The notes under the pieces: model-generated
What the model was told of the DNA's origin: nothing
Databases searched by the model: none
Seen by the model: only the letters and a program-made list of their open reading frames with translations
In this document: piece after piece, positions 11,901 to 23,668 of the stretch
Layout of the letters: every line of letters begins with the position of its first letter
How positions within the stretch are numbered: the first letter of the stretch is position 1
Source: Eutreptiella sp. 'Long Island Sound 2002'
Taxonomy: Eukaryota; Protista; Euglenida
Assembly (NCBI GenBank): GCA_964036045.1
Contig: OZ038378.1
Location: 3,844,001 to 3,908,000 of the forward strand
Reading direction: 5' to 3'
Length of the DNA stretch: 64,000 bases
Made by a program: the position numbers and the translations under genes

Positions 11901-12965
11901 GTGGTTGTTGTGTTTTTCTAGGCAATCTCCTTTTTTTTTCCTAAAAAAAGTTGTTTTTTCCATACGCAACACCAACAAAAAAAAGTTACCCGACTTACAC
12001 CCCAAAAAAAACGCGACTTATGTTTGTTTCCGCAATGGAGCTACGCTTTCCTTGTTGTTTTTGCTATGTCGGCGTTTTTGGCGACCTTAGTGACCCCGTG
12101 GTACCTAGTGTAAGGGGTGCAAGTGGGGATGTTGTGATTGTATATGCCTACTAGGATACAAAAGGACGTTTTGTGCCGTCTCTAGTGTTGCCCAGGGCCG
12201 GTCAAGGGCTGTATGAAAGACGTGAAATCACCGGTTCTACCAAGAATGGCTTACATGTGTACATGGGCTCGTACACAACCTGCTATTGCGGTTTTTCATC
12301 CTGGGCAGTCCAAAATCAAACTTTTTGAAACTTGTTTTTTTTATAATCATGACCACTCACAATGACCATCCAAGCCATGTAAAGCATGTTTTAGGCAGTA
12401 TTTTTTGTGTTTTTTTACCCTATTTGAGCTAGTCATTAGGGTGTGCATTGCTCGGGGTAGATTCTTTGTGAGGTGGACTTGACGAAGGCAAAAGGATTTG
12501 GTACACCCTCAGAACTGTGGTCTGGGTACCAAATTAGTACTGAATGGTGTGTACAACAAACACTCCTGTTTGGACCATGTTCTTTGAGAACATTATTGTT
12601 CGCTAGACACCGGGGGGGGTTGGGGGGTAACGCTTGCTACTGCCCGTTGTTTGTGGTCATGAGCTACTGCTGTTGCATTTTACCCGCATCATCTTCACCC
12701 ATGTACCCATTTTCTCCCACCTTTTCCCCCTGTCCCCCCTCAGCCCCCCCCCCCCCCCCGCCCCGCCCCATTTTCCTCGGCATGTGACACAGGGGTGTAT
12801 GGGAATGCCATGCACGCAGTGCGCACGCAGTGCGAAGTTTTGGATGTCGGCAAATACTCGAACCCTAGTTTTGGCCCCCTTTCACAAGTTTTTGGTTCCG
12901 TACCAGGGTTTTTTTGGCTTCCCAAGCATTTAGGATGTGGCATATTTGAATTGTCAACCATTTCC

Positions 12966-13410
12966 CCCTAGAAGAGGCCCATCGACAAAGTGTACACCGT
13001 CGACACGACCCGGATCTCGACGTCGTCATTGTCGACACTGCAGCAAGCCTGGTATCCGTAGAGGCAGTTCGATTCGCCCTGCAGAGTACTCTTCCCGACA
13101 GTTCGATTCGCCCTGCAGAGTACTCTTCCCGACAGATAGTATGTGCACCAAAACCTTGGTCGACTTCAAGGTGATTCTCGAACCGAGATGCTCAAGATCA
13201 TCGATCGGTATGGCCACGTCCACAACTGCAAAGAAGTCAACGTGGTCATCGTCGCTCGAAGGCTCTCGATCGCCGATACTCGATGGTGGCGAGTCGACAC
13301 CAGGACCGGACAGTTCTTCTTCGACGATGCTGTTGGTGATAACTACAACCAGAAGTATCGATGGACACCTGGCCAACCCTATGGTATTGACACCTTTCAG
13401 TCTTCCCCCT
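12966..13410 (+). pseudogene. CpG-rich, codon-structured gene fragment of unknown origin
   Basis: Runs of C-ending codons (KRPIDKVYTVDTTRIS...; MLKIIDRYGHVHNCKEVNVVIVARR...). It is broken by a stop and a 34-bp tandem duplication at 13065-13132. Confidence 0.45.
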
Positions 13411-14237
13411 AGTAAACAGGTGACAGGTATTCTTGGGTGAGTATCCTAGCCTCTGCGTGCGCAATATGCACGCAGTGCACACGCAGTGCGCACGCAGTGC
13501 AAACACTTAGCCTATGCGAGCTCAGTATCCTTTGCTCATGGCCCATTTTCCTTGGGTGCCTACGGACTTGGGTACCCCTAGATTGGGGTGCCATGACGAG
13601 CCCTCCTTTGCTCAATTACAGAGTTGTCAGAGTTGTCTGAGGCCTCCGTTGTCAAGTCTTGGGAGATCACTAGCATTTTGCGCGTGGTGCACCATGCAGT
13701 GCCACAGATTCTCGCCCATATTGACACAATTGCCGCTTGGTTTTCAAGGTGATGATCATGAGGTTTCTATGTGCCGCAATTATTGCCATGAGCCCAATGC
13801 TTAGGAAACATGTCCTGTTTGCTCTAAAACTCTTTGTCAAGATTGCAGGTTGAATCACAACGTGTATTGCTTGAGAATTTAAGCAACTGGCAGACTGCCT
13901 GTAGGTTGCATGAATGCTCTACACTACTTTTATGTGTGCACACATGGGTTTGGGTGAAATTATCCTGGGAGGGGCCTCGGACCGTGATAATTTTTACCGC
14001 TTGTAATTTTTGCCGCTCGTATTTTTCTACTCCTGCTGTATGGCAACCCGCCCCCCCCCCCTCCTCCCCCGCTTGCCCCCCGCTCGTTTACCTCAGTAGC
14101 CCCCCCCCCCCCCCCCCCTGTTTCCCTTCCATTTCCCCCTCTTTTTCTTGGGGTTGGGGCAAACAAAGTTCAAAAGGCCAGGGCCACCATGGGGCCCTAG
14201 ACAAGACACATGGATCTCTTGGCTGCCGCCGGGGCCG

Positions 14238-14300
14238 GTGACCCTAGTGGTAAAGCAGGGGATGCGCGTCCAAGAGACCCGGGCTCGATCCCGGCTGATG
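14238..14300 (+). mobile_element. tRNA-derived (SINE-head-like) sequence
   Basis: A-box-like TAGTGGTAAAGC followed by B-box-like GGCTCGATCCCGG. No complete cloverleaf. Confidence 0.4.
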
Positions 14301-14744
14301 TCAACTCTCCTCAACCTGGTGTACTTCGGCCTAGCTGAGCAGAGGGTCAAGGAGCGACGAGCGCTCAACCCTGGCCAGCGGACTCTCCTTCCCGGCGATC
14401 GGGTCGGTGGGCGTGGGACGGCCATCAGGGCTACCAAGAACCAAGAACCATAACCCCCCCCCCCCCCGTTTCCCCTCGGCTTTCCTCCAGTTGCCAGGGT
14501 CAAAAGGATACACCGTTGGAAACAAGAAGATACCCCGTAATCGGATCTCACTGGTACCATCCTCCCCCTTGAAACACAAGCGCCAAACAATAAAGCCACG
14601 AACGCGATGATTTGACGGAATTCACGAAAAGTAAACTCCGAAGCCAAGACTCTGTGACATGCCGACTGGGGCCATGCGTTCCAGCTTTTTGATGTCCGCA
14701 TCAATGAAATGTGAGATGGACATCGTTTAGTTTAGTTTGACATA

Positions 14745-15789
14745 CAGGGGGGGAGAATTTCGTGGGGGGAATATTTCGTTGTGGGAAAATTTTGTATTTC
14801 AAATGTGTGCGGAATTTCCCGCTCAATTTTCAGGCCGCTGTGCGAAATAAACCCGGTGCGAAATTTAGCCACACGTGCGAAATTTAGCCACTGGGGATTC
14901 GCCGGATTCGCAGGAGGGATGCTTCTTGCCCCCCCCCCCCCCCCTCTTCCGTGGGCTTCTGGGTTTCACTCGCTGCTCATCCCCCCTCTCCCTGTCTCTC
15001 CCCTCCATGTAACCCAAAGCATTGCAGATCGTTGATGAATTAAAAAAGCGCCGTGCCCTGGGTGTGGTGCCTCAAAAACAGGCCAGTAAGAGGCCATTGG
15101 ATGCCTCTTCGTTTCTGGATTTGCGCAAGAAACGGCACAGAAAGGAGGCACGCAAGTAGTGGTATTTGGATCCTCTCTGTTTTCTTCAGTGCAACCTTTT
15201 TTTTCGAATTTGAAGTGATATTTTATCAATCTTGACTCGCAGCCTGAGTGTTATGACTTGCAAGGTTGGGAGGCTTTGTTTGTGCAGGAAAAAAGTATTT
15301 TCCCTTCAGGCTTCCCGCTGCAAGGCTGGTGCTCAAATTGTAGATAGTGGGAATTGAATCCAGGTTATTTTTTTGTAAGACCACTGCACATACCACTAGA
15401 GCACTCACCATCACTGACATACTGCTGCTCAAGAATCACATAGAGCCTAAGGGGTGAAAATTTTTTTCAAAAATTGAGAGAGGTTTTTGGTGTCCACATG
15501 TTTGTAGCTGCACAACAACCAGAAGGAAGGTGGTTGGGGCATGGGATTGAGATCCAGGTCATGCAGGAACCCCCTGAAAATGAAGAATGCCCAGCTGGAA
15601 GCTCTTGGAAATTCGCAAAACAATCCTGGAACCTGCTGGAATTTGGCAGTGCAACTACCACTAGCAAACAGTACAATCCTGGAAGGCTGCGAAATTTCCT
15701 GCGGGATTTTCAGGCCACTGTGCGAAATAAACTCGGTGCGAAATTTTCTCGTGCGAAAAAACCCCTGTGCCAAATTTTCTCCCCCCCTG
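14745..15789 (+). mobile_element. Non-autonomous deletion derivative related to the pogo-like element at 56473
   Basis: CAGGGGGGGAGAATTT...AAATTTTCTCCCCCCCTG ends, with TA on the left flank. It carries LQIVDELKKRRALGVVP (about 15020-15158), matching the transposase C-terminus LRILDHLKKRRALGVAP. Confidence 0.85.
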
Positions 15790-16446
15790 CAGTCTTTGGG
15801 TTGGGTTGAGGTTCTGGTACAGATGGGGACAAAACATAGGAGACCGCCTGTTGACATGCCAGACGCTACCCCCTCCCCCCCTCCCTGCATATGCATACCA
15901 GGACGTGCATGTGTAGAGCACTTTAAGACCTGCTTGCGCCCCCCCTCCCTGGACACCCCAGACTCCCACCCAGGTGGCGACCAGTTTTACAAGTTGACTG
16001 GGCACCCATGGCGCCAGAGCAAATTTCGACGAAATTTTTTACCCCAACATATATGCATCAAAAGGATGGCCCCAAACACATGCACCAGGAGCGCAGCAAA
16101 AGGGAACAGGAGATGTCTCCTCAACCCCAGCTCTTACCCAGAATCGGCTCAATCTGCAGAGGCACAGGCAGCTCCTGTAGCCTTCATACCTGATTCACCC
16201 ACTCCCCCCACCCACCCCCTGCCCCCGATCTCGGCCCCGAAAGTGTCCATCCTGGCTTCTTGATGAGCCATGCATTATTGCCGGCTGAAGGCTCGCCGGA
16301 AAAGTCGTGGCCAAGGACAACAGGTTTTCTTTTTTCTTTTGTCATTCTGTCACTTAAACTTATGGATGAATTCTTTGCTCTTTGTGTCTCATAGCTGGTT
16401 TCTCCTTGCGTTTGTAATAGACCAGCAAACCACAAACTGTCACCTA

Positions 16447-17049
16447 CCCCCCCCCCCCCCCGTCCTGCCCCATCCCTTGTCCTTCCCCAGGGGGGGGGCT
16501 GGGGGACCGTCACTTGGTCAACACAAAAAGTTTTATTACGGCTCACTGTGTTGTTGTGTGGGGGGCTGTGTTGTGAGGCACTGCCACTTGTATCCCTTGC
16601 ACTCTTGGCAGGACATTTTGCTCACTTTCGCTGAAATGGAACTTGACAGCACAACCATGTTTACCCCTGGGACGAATGTAATGTTCATCTGCTCCACAGG
16701 GGAACCTGTTTGGGCGCAGGTAGTTGGGTATTCAGAGCACGGTGATGCATATCTCCGCATCTCTTATGGGCATGAAGGCAAGACAGTCCTGCCACTGTAT
16801 TCCTTCGTTTTGCAGTGCAATTCCTGTGCCTGAAAATGTGCGTGTATGGTGGCAGTGCAGTTCCCCAGGGGGGGCGGGGGGACCGTCAATTGGCAGCCGT
16901 CCCCCAGGGGGTGGCGAGGTGGCGGGGGACCGTCTTCCCTGGGGTGGGGCAGGACAGGGGGATCAATGGTTGGTACTGATCGACTGAATGTCCCCGCCAT
17001 AGATACTTTCAGCCATTAGTCCAGGGGCAGGACAGGGGGGGGGGGGGGG
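16447..17049. mobile_element. TA-flanked MITE with (C)nGTCCTGCCCC TIRs
   Basis: TA at 16445-16446 and 17050-17051; inverted ends (C)nGTCCTGCCCC and GGGGCAGGACA(G)n. Confidence 0.75.
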
Positions 17050-17774
17050 TACGACATCTGAGTATCTGGCAGTGGCTGCCACTGTATCTTCATCACCAAC
17101 AGCAGTCTCCAGGCCTATGGCCATCAGCGAAATGTACCTACCAACATCTACACGCTGTACATAGCCGAAGCACACCAATACTGTTGCAGTGGAAATGATG
17201 ATTGTACCCACAACATCTGCCTGTGTGAAGCGAGGTTTCAGTGTGGCAATTTACACGGAAGTAAAGTGTAGGCCTGGCGTACCAAGTGATGCCCGCTGTT
17301 CAACAAATAGGCTGCTGTTTAATGGTAGTGTGGAGGGTCGGTTCAACCCAATATAAGACCATTAGCACTCTGGTTACTCAATGCTACCTGTGTTTTAGGT
17401 ATAGAGCCATGAGTAGCCAATATGATCTCAGCACCACCATTGGACCAAATGCAGTTGCCTACAAGTGGTTCTTAGGGGTCCTAGGTGATGACTCAAGCCA
17501 ACATTCGATAGCCCAATGGGCGAACTCAAGGCAACATTCAGCACCGGCTCGAGCGGTGACCGTATAGCCCACCATGCATTAATGCAGGGCCCCAGGCGAA
17601 GCATACTGTTGACAACACCCTGTGCTGTTTCTGTTACTTTTTGGTGGTTTTGCCGTTGTCTTTGCATGCCGGCCGTGTGAAATAGTCCTGGGTCTGACCC
17701 ACGATCCATCCGCACATGCAACCTTTCATGTTCCCTTCATTGCGCATTCAGGGCGTCCTTTTCTTCCTTTACCA

Positions 17775-20700
17775 ATGTACGGAACCGTGCACAAGGATGA
17801 GTATGTGATGCTGCCCCCTGCCCGAGGGGACACTGAGAGGGCTACTCTGATACCCACGGAGAGTGAGCCAGGGCGGTATGCATTCCTGCACAGACGCAAG
17901 ACGCGAGCCATGGCACTTGTGGGGGTGGTGGGCATGATGGCCATGGTTGCATGGGGTGTATCCCCGGGGTCCTCGCCCCACCCGGACGCGTCGATCACTC
18001 TGCCTCCAATGTACACCCTGACCACCGTGGGAGAAGAGCAGCACACAAGACCCTCAAACGACGTCAAGGCAGCGGAAGCCGCGGCCCAGAAGGCTCTTGA
18101 AGACGCGGCGAAGAGGGAGGATTACAGCCTTGCCGCCACCGGAGAGCAATATGTGGGGCCCGCTGACACTAAGGCTACTGAAGCAGCGGCCGCGAAGGCT
18201 CGTGAGGATGCAGCGGCTGCCTCTAAGCGCGTGGAGGAGCTCAGGTGGGCTTTCTCCCGTAGGGAGGTTACTATTCAAAGGGGGGGGGGGGGTCACCATG
18301 AGCCCAAGTGGACCCTGTCGTCACCGATGGGTACATAGAATGGGGGTGTTCCATAAAAGGTGGTTGGGCTTCGTGGAGCACAGCCAGCTTCCACTGGCAC
18401 GCAGGTTGTGTGACCAACGGTTTGTTGGTTTTGGTGGGTGACAGTGGAAAGTTTGCAAAAGAAAGGGTGGGCTTCATTTGGCTCTGTTCCGGTGGGTTGG
18501 GGGTGACGGGACTTGGCACTTTACTCAGGACGCAATGCCCGCCTGGGATACACAAAAAACACCCTGTTGTTTGGGGGCGGAGAATGACTAGCAGCAGAGC
18601 CCAGACACAAACATGTGGTTTGCCGCAGATCATCTCAGGGTCACACTCTGAGCATTGATTGAACGGATTTATGGCCCCGTCCCATACAGTGTACTGCGTT
18701 GGATGCTGGTGGGTGATCGCCATTGTCCATCAGGGGTGTGTTGCTTGTTGGAGGAATCCGGGGTGGGGCAACATTTGGCCAGGGCCCTAAAAATGCAGGG
18801 AAATCTGCTTGGGGCCTTCACAGAGCACGCCCAAGGCGCTCCACGTTCAAGTGCCCTCCAACGCCTTTTACAACCACCGATAACCACCCCTGCCGTCCGC
18901 CTTGGGGAATCATGTCGACTGTTTTCGTGCTGCAAATGTCGCCTTTCCAAATCCACACAAACCCACACGCCACCACACAAATCCAAACGCCACCTTGACG
19001 CTCCACCGACTTCCAAGGGAAAGTGTGCAACCATTGTTTCCCAACCAGTTTCGGTGACGTTTTGCGATCCATGATTGCAGCGTTCATGGAGTTGATCCTT
19101 GGTTTCTGCAAATCTTCTCCTTAGCGAATAGCCGTAGACTTGCATCTGTTCATGAACAAACGGTTGACATTTGTGCCAACAAACCATTGCCTTTTCCACA
19201 GCCAAGAAGTGAGTCACATATCACATGGGCAATCGTGGTAAATTCTGCCGGGGACCCATGCACGCGGGTGAAACGCAATGGCTACATAATGCTTGTCCTA
19301 TTGGGGACCCCACAACGGGTAGGAATATAGGGATCTGGGAACGACCCCCCTTTGAAGGACATTTTCCACAAATGCCTTTGCTAACGCATTGGTGCAGCGT
19401 TAGCCGTCCCATACTGTATATAAGTGAACAGCGACAAAATGCCTCAACAATGTCACACAACACACAACACACCAAATAGGATGACCATGGCAACTGAGAG
19501 CCAAAGGAGTGCTTCAATACAGTAGCAGTGGCTGACAGTACAGACAGTAAGTAGCATGCAGGCACCATCCTACTGCCGACCACACACAACGTCGCTCAAG
19601 ACCGCAACTCTTGAAGTTCGATTGCAGATATGGATGCAAAAGTTGATGACGGATGAATGCATTGTGGTTCGTCTCGATTGTTCATAGCATATCTCTTCGG
19701 ACACATGAACTGCTGCAGCTTGAATGATGATTGCGCCAAGCTCAGATTTGTCCAAGCCACACTACCCATAGGGGCCGTATTTCTTTCGTTACCCGAATGG
19801 ATTCAGTACCAATTTGGTGGTCAGCCTGAGGAGCAATTATTTTGCGTGTGTGCAATGTTGACAACCTTCTGTTCTTCGAAAACCTAATTTGAAGTGGTTC
19901 AGGGGGTGGGTCATGGGAAAGTAAGGTATGAGAGGAAGGCAAATGCTGGGGCATGTGTTGCTTTGGAGCAGAAGTGTGCCGCTGAATTCGTGGGTCGTGC
20001 CCTTTTTGTTGGGCCCCCAGTGGGCTCAGGTCCTGGTATGTATTGGCTTGCACAGCTGCTGTCCATCCCCATGGGACCGTCATGGAACCCCTCCCCCCCC
20101 CAAATGTGTCGAATTCGAGCCGCCTCTATGGAAAGTGACCCAGAAACGTGCGAACCTGTGAAATCAAAGCCAGGGTCCGACATCGCTTTGAGTTCACCGA
20201 ATGCGGACGTCGAAACCAGTCTGACACCCGATCCACCGCTCAGGTATGCCGCCGCCGCTGCCGCTGAGCAGGACGCCAAGACCAACGAGGAAGTAACCGA
20301 CAAAAAGGGGCTCCAGCACACTGCGGAGGCCACAAGTACGGATGCGAAGGCCGCCGAGGCCCGGGCCATTGCCGCGAAGCCCGAGGCGGAGACGACAGCA
20401 AGCGCCGCGGCCCAAGCGGCACAAGAGGCGGAGTCTGCCCTCTCAAAGGCCCAGGACGTTTTGAAGAAGGCTGTGGCCGCGGCAAAGGAGGCACCTGAGG
20501 GCGAGGGCGGGCAGGAGGCAAGAGACGCCGTGGTACAGGCGACTGCGGACCAGGAAAAGGCGTTGGCGGAGTATCGAGCCAAAAAGGTGGTGCCTGGGGG
20601 TCTGGGGACGGGGCTGTGACGGGTGGCAGCAGAATCATAAGGCATTGAGGGTGGGCCCCACTGAGTGGGAGAAGCATGTGACCGTTCAAGGCTCCTGGCT

Positions 20701-22014
20701 CGGCGGGCCGGGAATTTCATTTTCCCCCAAGGAAACAGTTTGTGACGGGAGTGGGGGCGTAGAGAAGGGGGGGCCGCCACCCACACAATGAGTTTGAATC
20801 CCGCCCCCTGTGACTGAGATGCGGGGGGTGGGGGAACCCTGATGGGCTGAACGGGGACAGTGGGTGACATGGCCAGTCAATTATTCTTGCCTCACAAATG
20901 GACGCCATAACCCTAGACCAGCAAATTAAGGCAGTGGTGTGCAGAGTCGGTGGGCTGCCTGAACCCTCCGCTTTTTGCTGTACAGTGGCTGAATTGCTGG
21001 ACTGCGACATGGAACCGAAGGCTTGGCCCTCAGGCCCTATCCCAGGGGTGTGGGACTAGTGCGGGACCCACTAATCCGGGCCAAGCAGTGAGTCTGCATT
21101 TCCAGAGAGCCAAAGTGCATCAACTGAGACCAAACCCAAATGCAGCCTCCGATTCGATGCTGGCGGCCGCGCCTGCTCCATCAGGAGCGCCTGCAGGCCT
21201 CAGCAGGAAAATTGCTTGGCCACAAGGGGGGGCGGGGCTCAGATTGGTCCGGTGCGTCGCCATGCACTTCGCTCTGGCCGCGCCTGCCGCTTGACGTTCC
21301 TTGGCACTAGAGGTTTCTCCACAAGCCAATGACCGGGGGTGTGTGATTCGGGGTTCTTTATCAAGGAGGCAAACCGGTTGATGGTGTCGGACAAGAACGA
21401 TGGAACAACGTGGCATTGCATGCGTGTTGTGAGCTGCTGTCCTGTGTGCATGAAGGGAACAGCAACAGCAAATGCTGGACTCCATCGCACCTCAACAAGA
21501 GCGTCGGCTAACCAGCAACTGCTGTCGGCGTGCAGTGAAGAACACCTGCACAGGGTATAGGAAAGTATAGACGTCTGCATGCGTGTGGAACGACTGGGCC
21601 TCGGACGGGAACGGTCTGGGAGTGCGTGTGAGAATGTGTGGTATTGGTGCCTGTGGGACTAGCGTGGGCTGGCGTGCGGCAGCAGCTGCTTCCCCACATT
21701 TGCCGCAGGGCTTTGCTGACGATGCCGCGGCCATGGCCGCCGACGCGAAGCTGGAAGTGGGCCGAGCCACCGCCGCGCGACAGGCCGCAGAGGTGGCCGC
21801 CACTGCCGCGGCCAAGGCCACGCAAGACGCAATTGCCGCGCACACGAAGGCTGCGGATGCCGCCGCGAAGGCCTTGGCGGCGGCCACGGCTGCATCCGAC
21901 GCCCAGCGGGCGGCCGCCGCACGGGCCTCGGAAACGCAAATCGCGGCCGGGAAGGCCGCGGCAGTGGCCGCCAACCCGCCCTCGGAGCCCAAGAAGGCGG
22001 AGCGCAAGGAGTAG
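17775..22014 (+). CDS. Ala/Lys/Glu-rich helical protein with a single N-terminal TM segment; exons 17775-18244, 20244-20586, 21709-22014 (372 aa)
   Basis: The GT-AG junctions are phase-compatible (ELR|YAAA, AKK|GFAD) and sum to 1119 nt ending in TAG. Hydrophobic AMALVGVVGMMAMVAWGV; AG acceptor at 17750-17751. Confidence 0.75.
18300..18800 (+). pseudogene. Possible LINE APE-endonuclease remnant inside intron 1
   Basis: Broken frames with GWASWSTASFHWHAGCVTNGLLVLV and WMLVGD, resembling APE motifs. Weak. Confidence 0.3.
21358..21611 (+). repeat. Left arm of a 254-bp inverted repeat
   Basis: Reverse complement of 23202-23455 with one mismatch. Confidence 0.97.
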
Positions 22015-22180
22015 GGCACTGCAGCGCCATTGGGCTCTGGGTGCGGGTGTGGGAGGGTCACGGGCCGTTGTTGGTCGCATGGGGTCCTGCGGGATCTGGC
22101 ACGGCGGCCCCCTGCCCCAGACCCAAGACCAGACTTGCCACTAGCGTCCGCCAGCTCCGACGTGATCAGATGGAGCAGGG

Positions 22181-22286
22181 TCCTACTGAGCCACATGCCG
22201 GACGCAGCACGTTCCTACTGAGTTCTGGTGGTGCGGGGGGCGGGTATTACTGAGTGGCCTTTGATACGGGGCCAATTCCTACTGAG
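22181..22286 (+). repeat. Four 10-bp motifs (TCCTACTGAG) at an exact 32-bp period with dissimilar 22-bp spacers
   Basis: Motifs start at 22181, 22213, 22245 (TATTACTGAG) and 22277. Confidence 0.9.
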
Positions 22287-23201
22287 AATCAGTTTCCCTG
22301 CCGGACGCTAGTGACATGTCTGCCCAAGACCCCTCCTGCCCCTCCGTTGTGGAGGTCCCGGACACATGTCCCGTCTTCGGTGATCAGGCGTTCGGTTGAT
22401 GGGCCTGCGTATTGCGGGGGGGGGGGGGGGTGAGTCAGACCCCCCCCTCCGCCCATCAACGAAGATTGGCGTCTGCACCGTTGATCCCCGGGTCCGGGGC
22501 CATTTGTTTTGTTCGTTGGGCCAGGGCCGTGGCCTTTGTGGAAAGCCGAGGAACTGCGTTTTTGGTGTTTGGGCATGCGGTGTGCCCGTCGGTGGGCAGG
22601 GCCGGCCGGCCCAAGGGGGCGTACGTGGCCTCGGCCACGCGATCTGGTCGAGAGCACTAGGGGCGGGCATCTCCTTGGCGACCCATTGTTAGTTGAGTCC
22701 TTGAGCGGTTCTGCATAGTGCCCCACCTTTCCGTCGCACACGTTTCTCCACGTCGTGGATAGTTTATTGCAAACTTGGAATGATTGCTTCATACGGGAAT
22801 AGGCCATCCTCCACATTGAAGTAGTCAATAGTACACAGTGGACTGCTGCACCGCAGGAGGAGCGGAGGCCAAGTGCGAGCACCGTGTTGGTGCCCCCGCC
22901 CGCTCTTCTCGCTGCCAAAGAATGCGCTGGCCGACAGCTTACGGGCGGGTCCGGGGATCCCCCCCTCCCCCCCTCCCACACACACCCCAAACAGCCCGTT
23001 GCTGTGTGCAGGAGTAGTGCATGGGGGAGCCTACTTCCTTCCATGCCTGAACCCCCGAATCCCACCTTCTCCCCCTTGTTTAGGGCCCGGTGATGTGGGC
23101 CAGGGTGCTGCCTCCCTGAAGTCCAGCGCAGCCATTGCACTTCATGGATTTGCCTGTCAAGAGATGCGCAGAGGAGGCACAAGATGCCCCCTCTCGTCGC
23201 A

Positions 23202-23455
23202 TTCCCGTCCGAGGCCCAGTCGTTCCACACGCATGCAGACGTCTATACTTTCCTATACCCTGTGCAGGTGTTCTTCACTGCACGCCGACAGCAGTTGCTG
23301 GTTAGCCGACGCTCTTGTTGAGGTGCGATGGAGTCCAGCATTTGCTGTTGCTGTTCCCTTCATGCACACAGGACAGCAGCTCACAACACGCATGCAATGC
23401 CACGTTGTTCCATCGTTCTTGCCCGACACCATCAACCGGTTTGCCTCCTTGATAA
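23202..23455 (-). repeat. Right arm of the 254-bp inverted repeat
   Basis: 253/254 identical to the reverse complement of 21358-21611. Confidence 0.97.
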
Positions 23456-23644
23456 GTCCGGTGGTGTACGGGTGCAGACGGTTGCATCCTACGACCCCGT
23501 TTTCGGTGCGTCGTCGGCAACGGAGCCCTGTGCAGCCCCACACATCCCAAGGACAAGCGCACAATTTGCCCCACGCGCAGACTTGGCCCTCGCGTCCGTT
23601 CTTAGGCGGCCATGCGTCCGTTTGCATCCGTTTTCGGTTTTGTG

Positions 23645-23668
23645 TAGCGTCCGTTTAAACGGACGCTA
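23645..23668. repeat. Perfect 24-bp palindrome
   Basis: TAGCGTCCGTTTAAACGGACGCTA. Confidence 0.95.

Noticed and set aside
19911-20870. 319-aa minus-strand ORF (and 21492-22196)
   Set aside because: These are antisense shadows of the GC-rich Ala-coding exons.
22181-22286. CRISPR array
   Set aside because: The repeats are only 10 bp and non-palindromic, there are no cas genes and the context is eukaryotic. Kept as an unexplained phased array instead.
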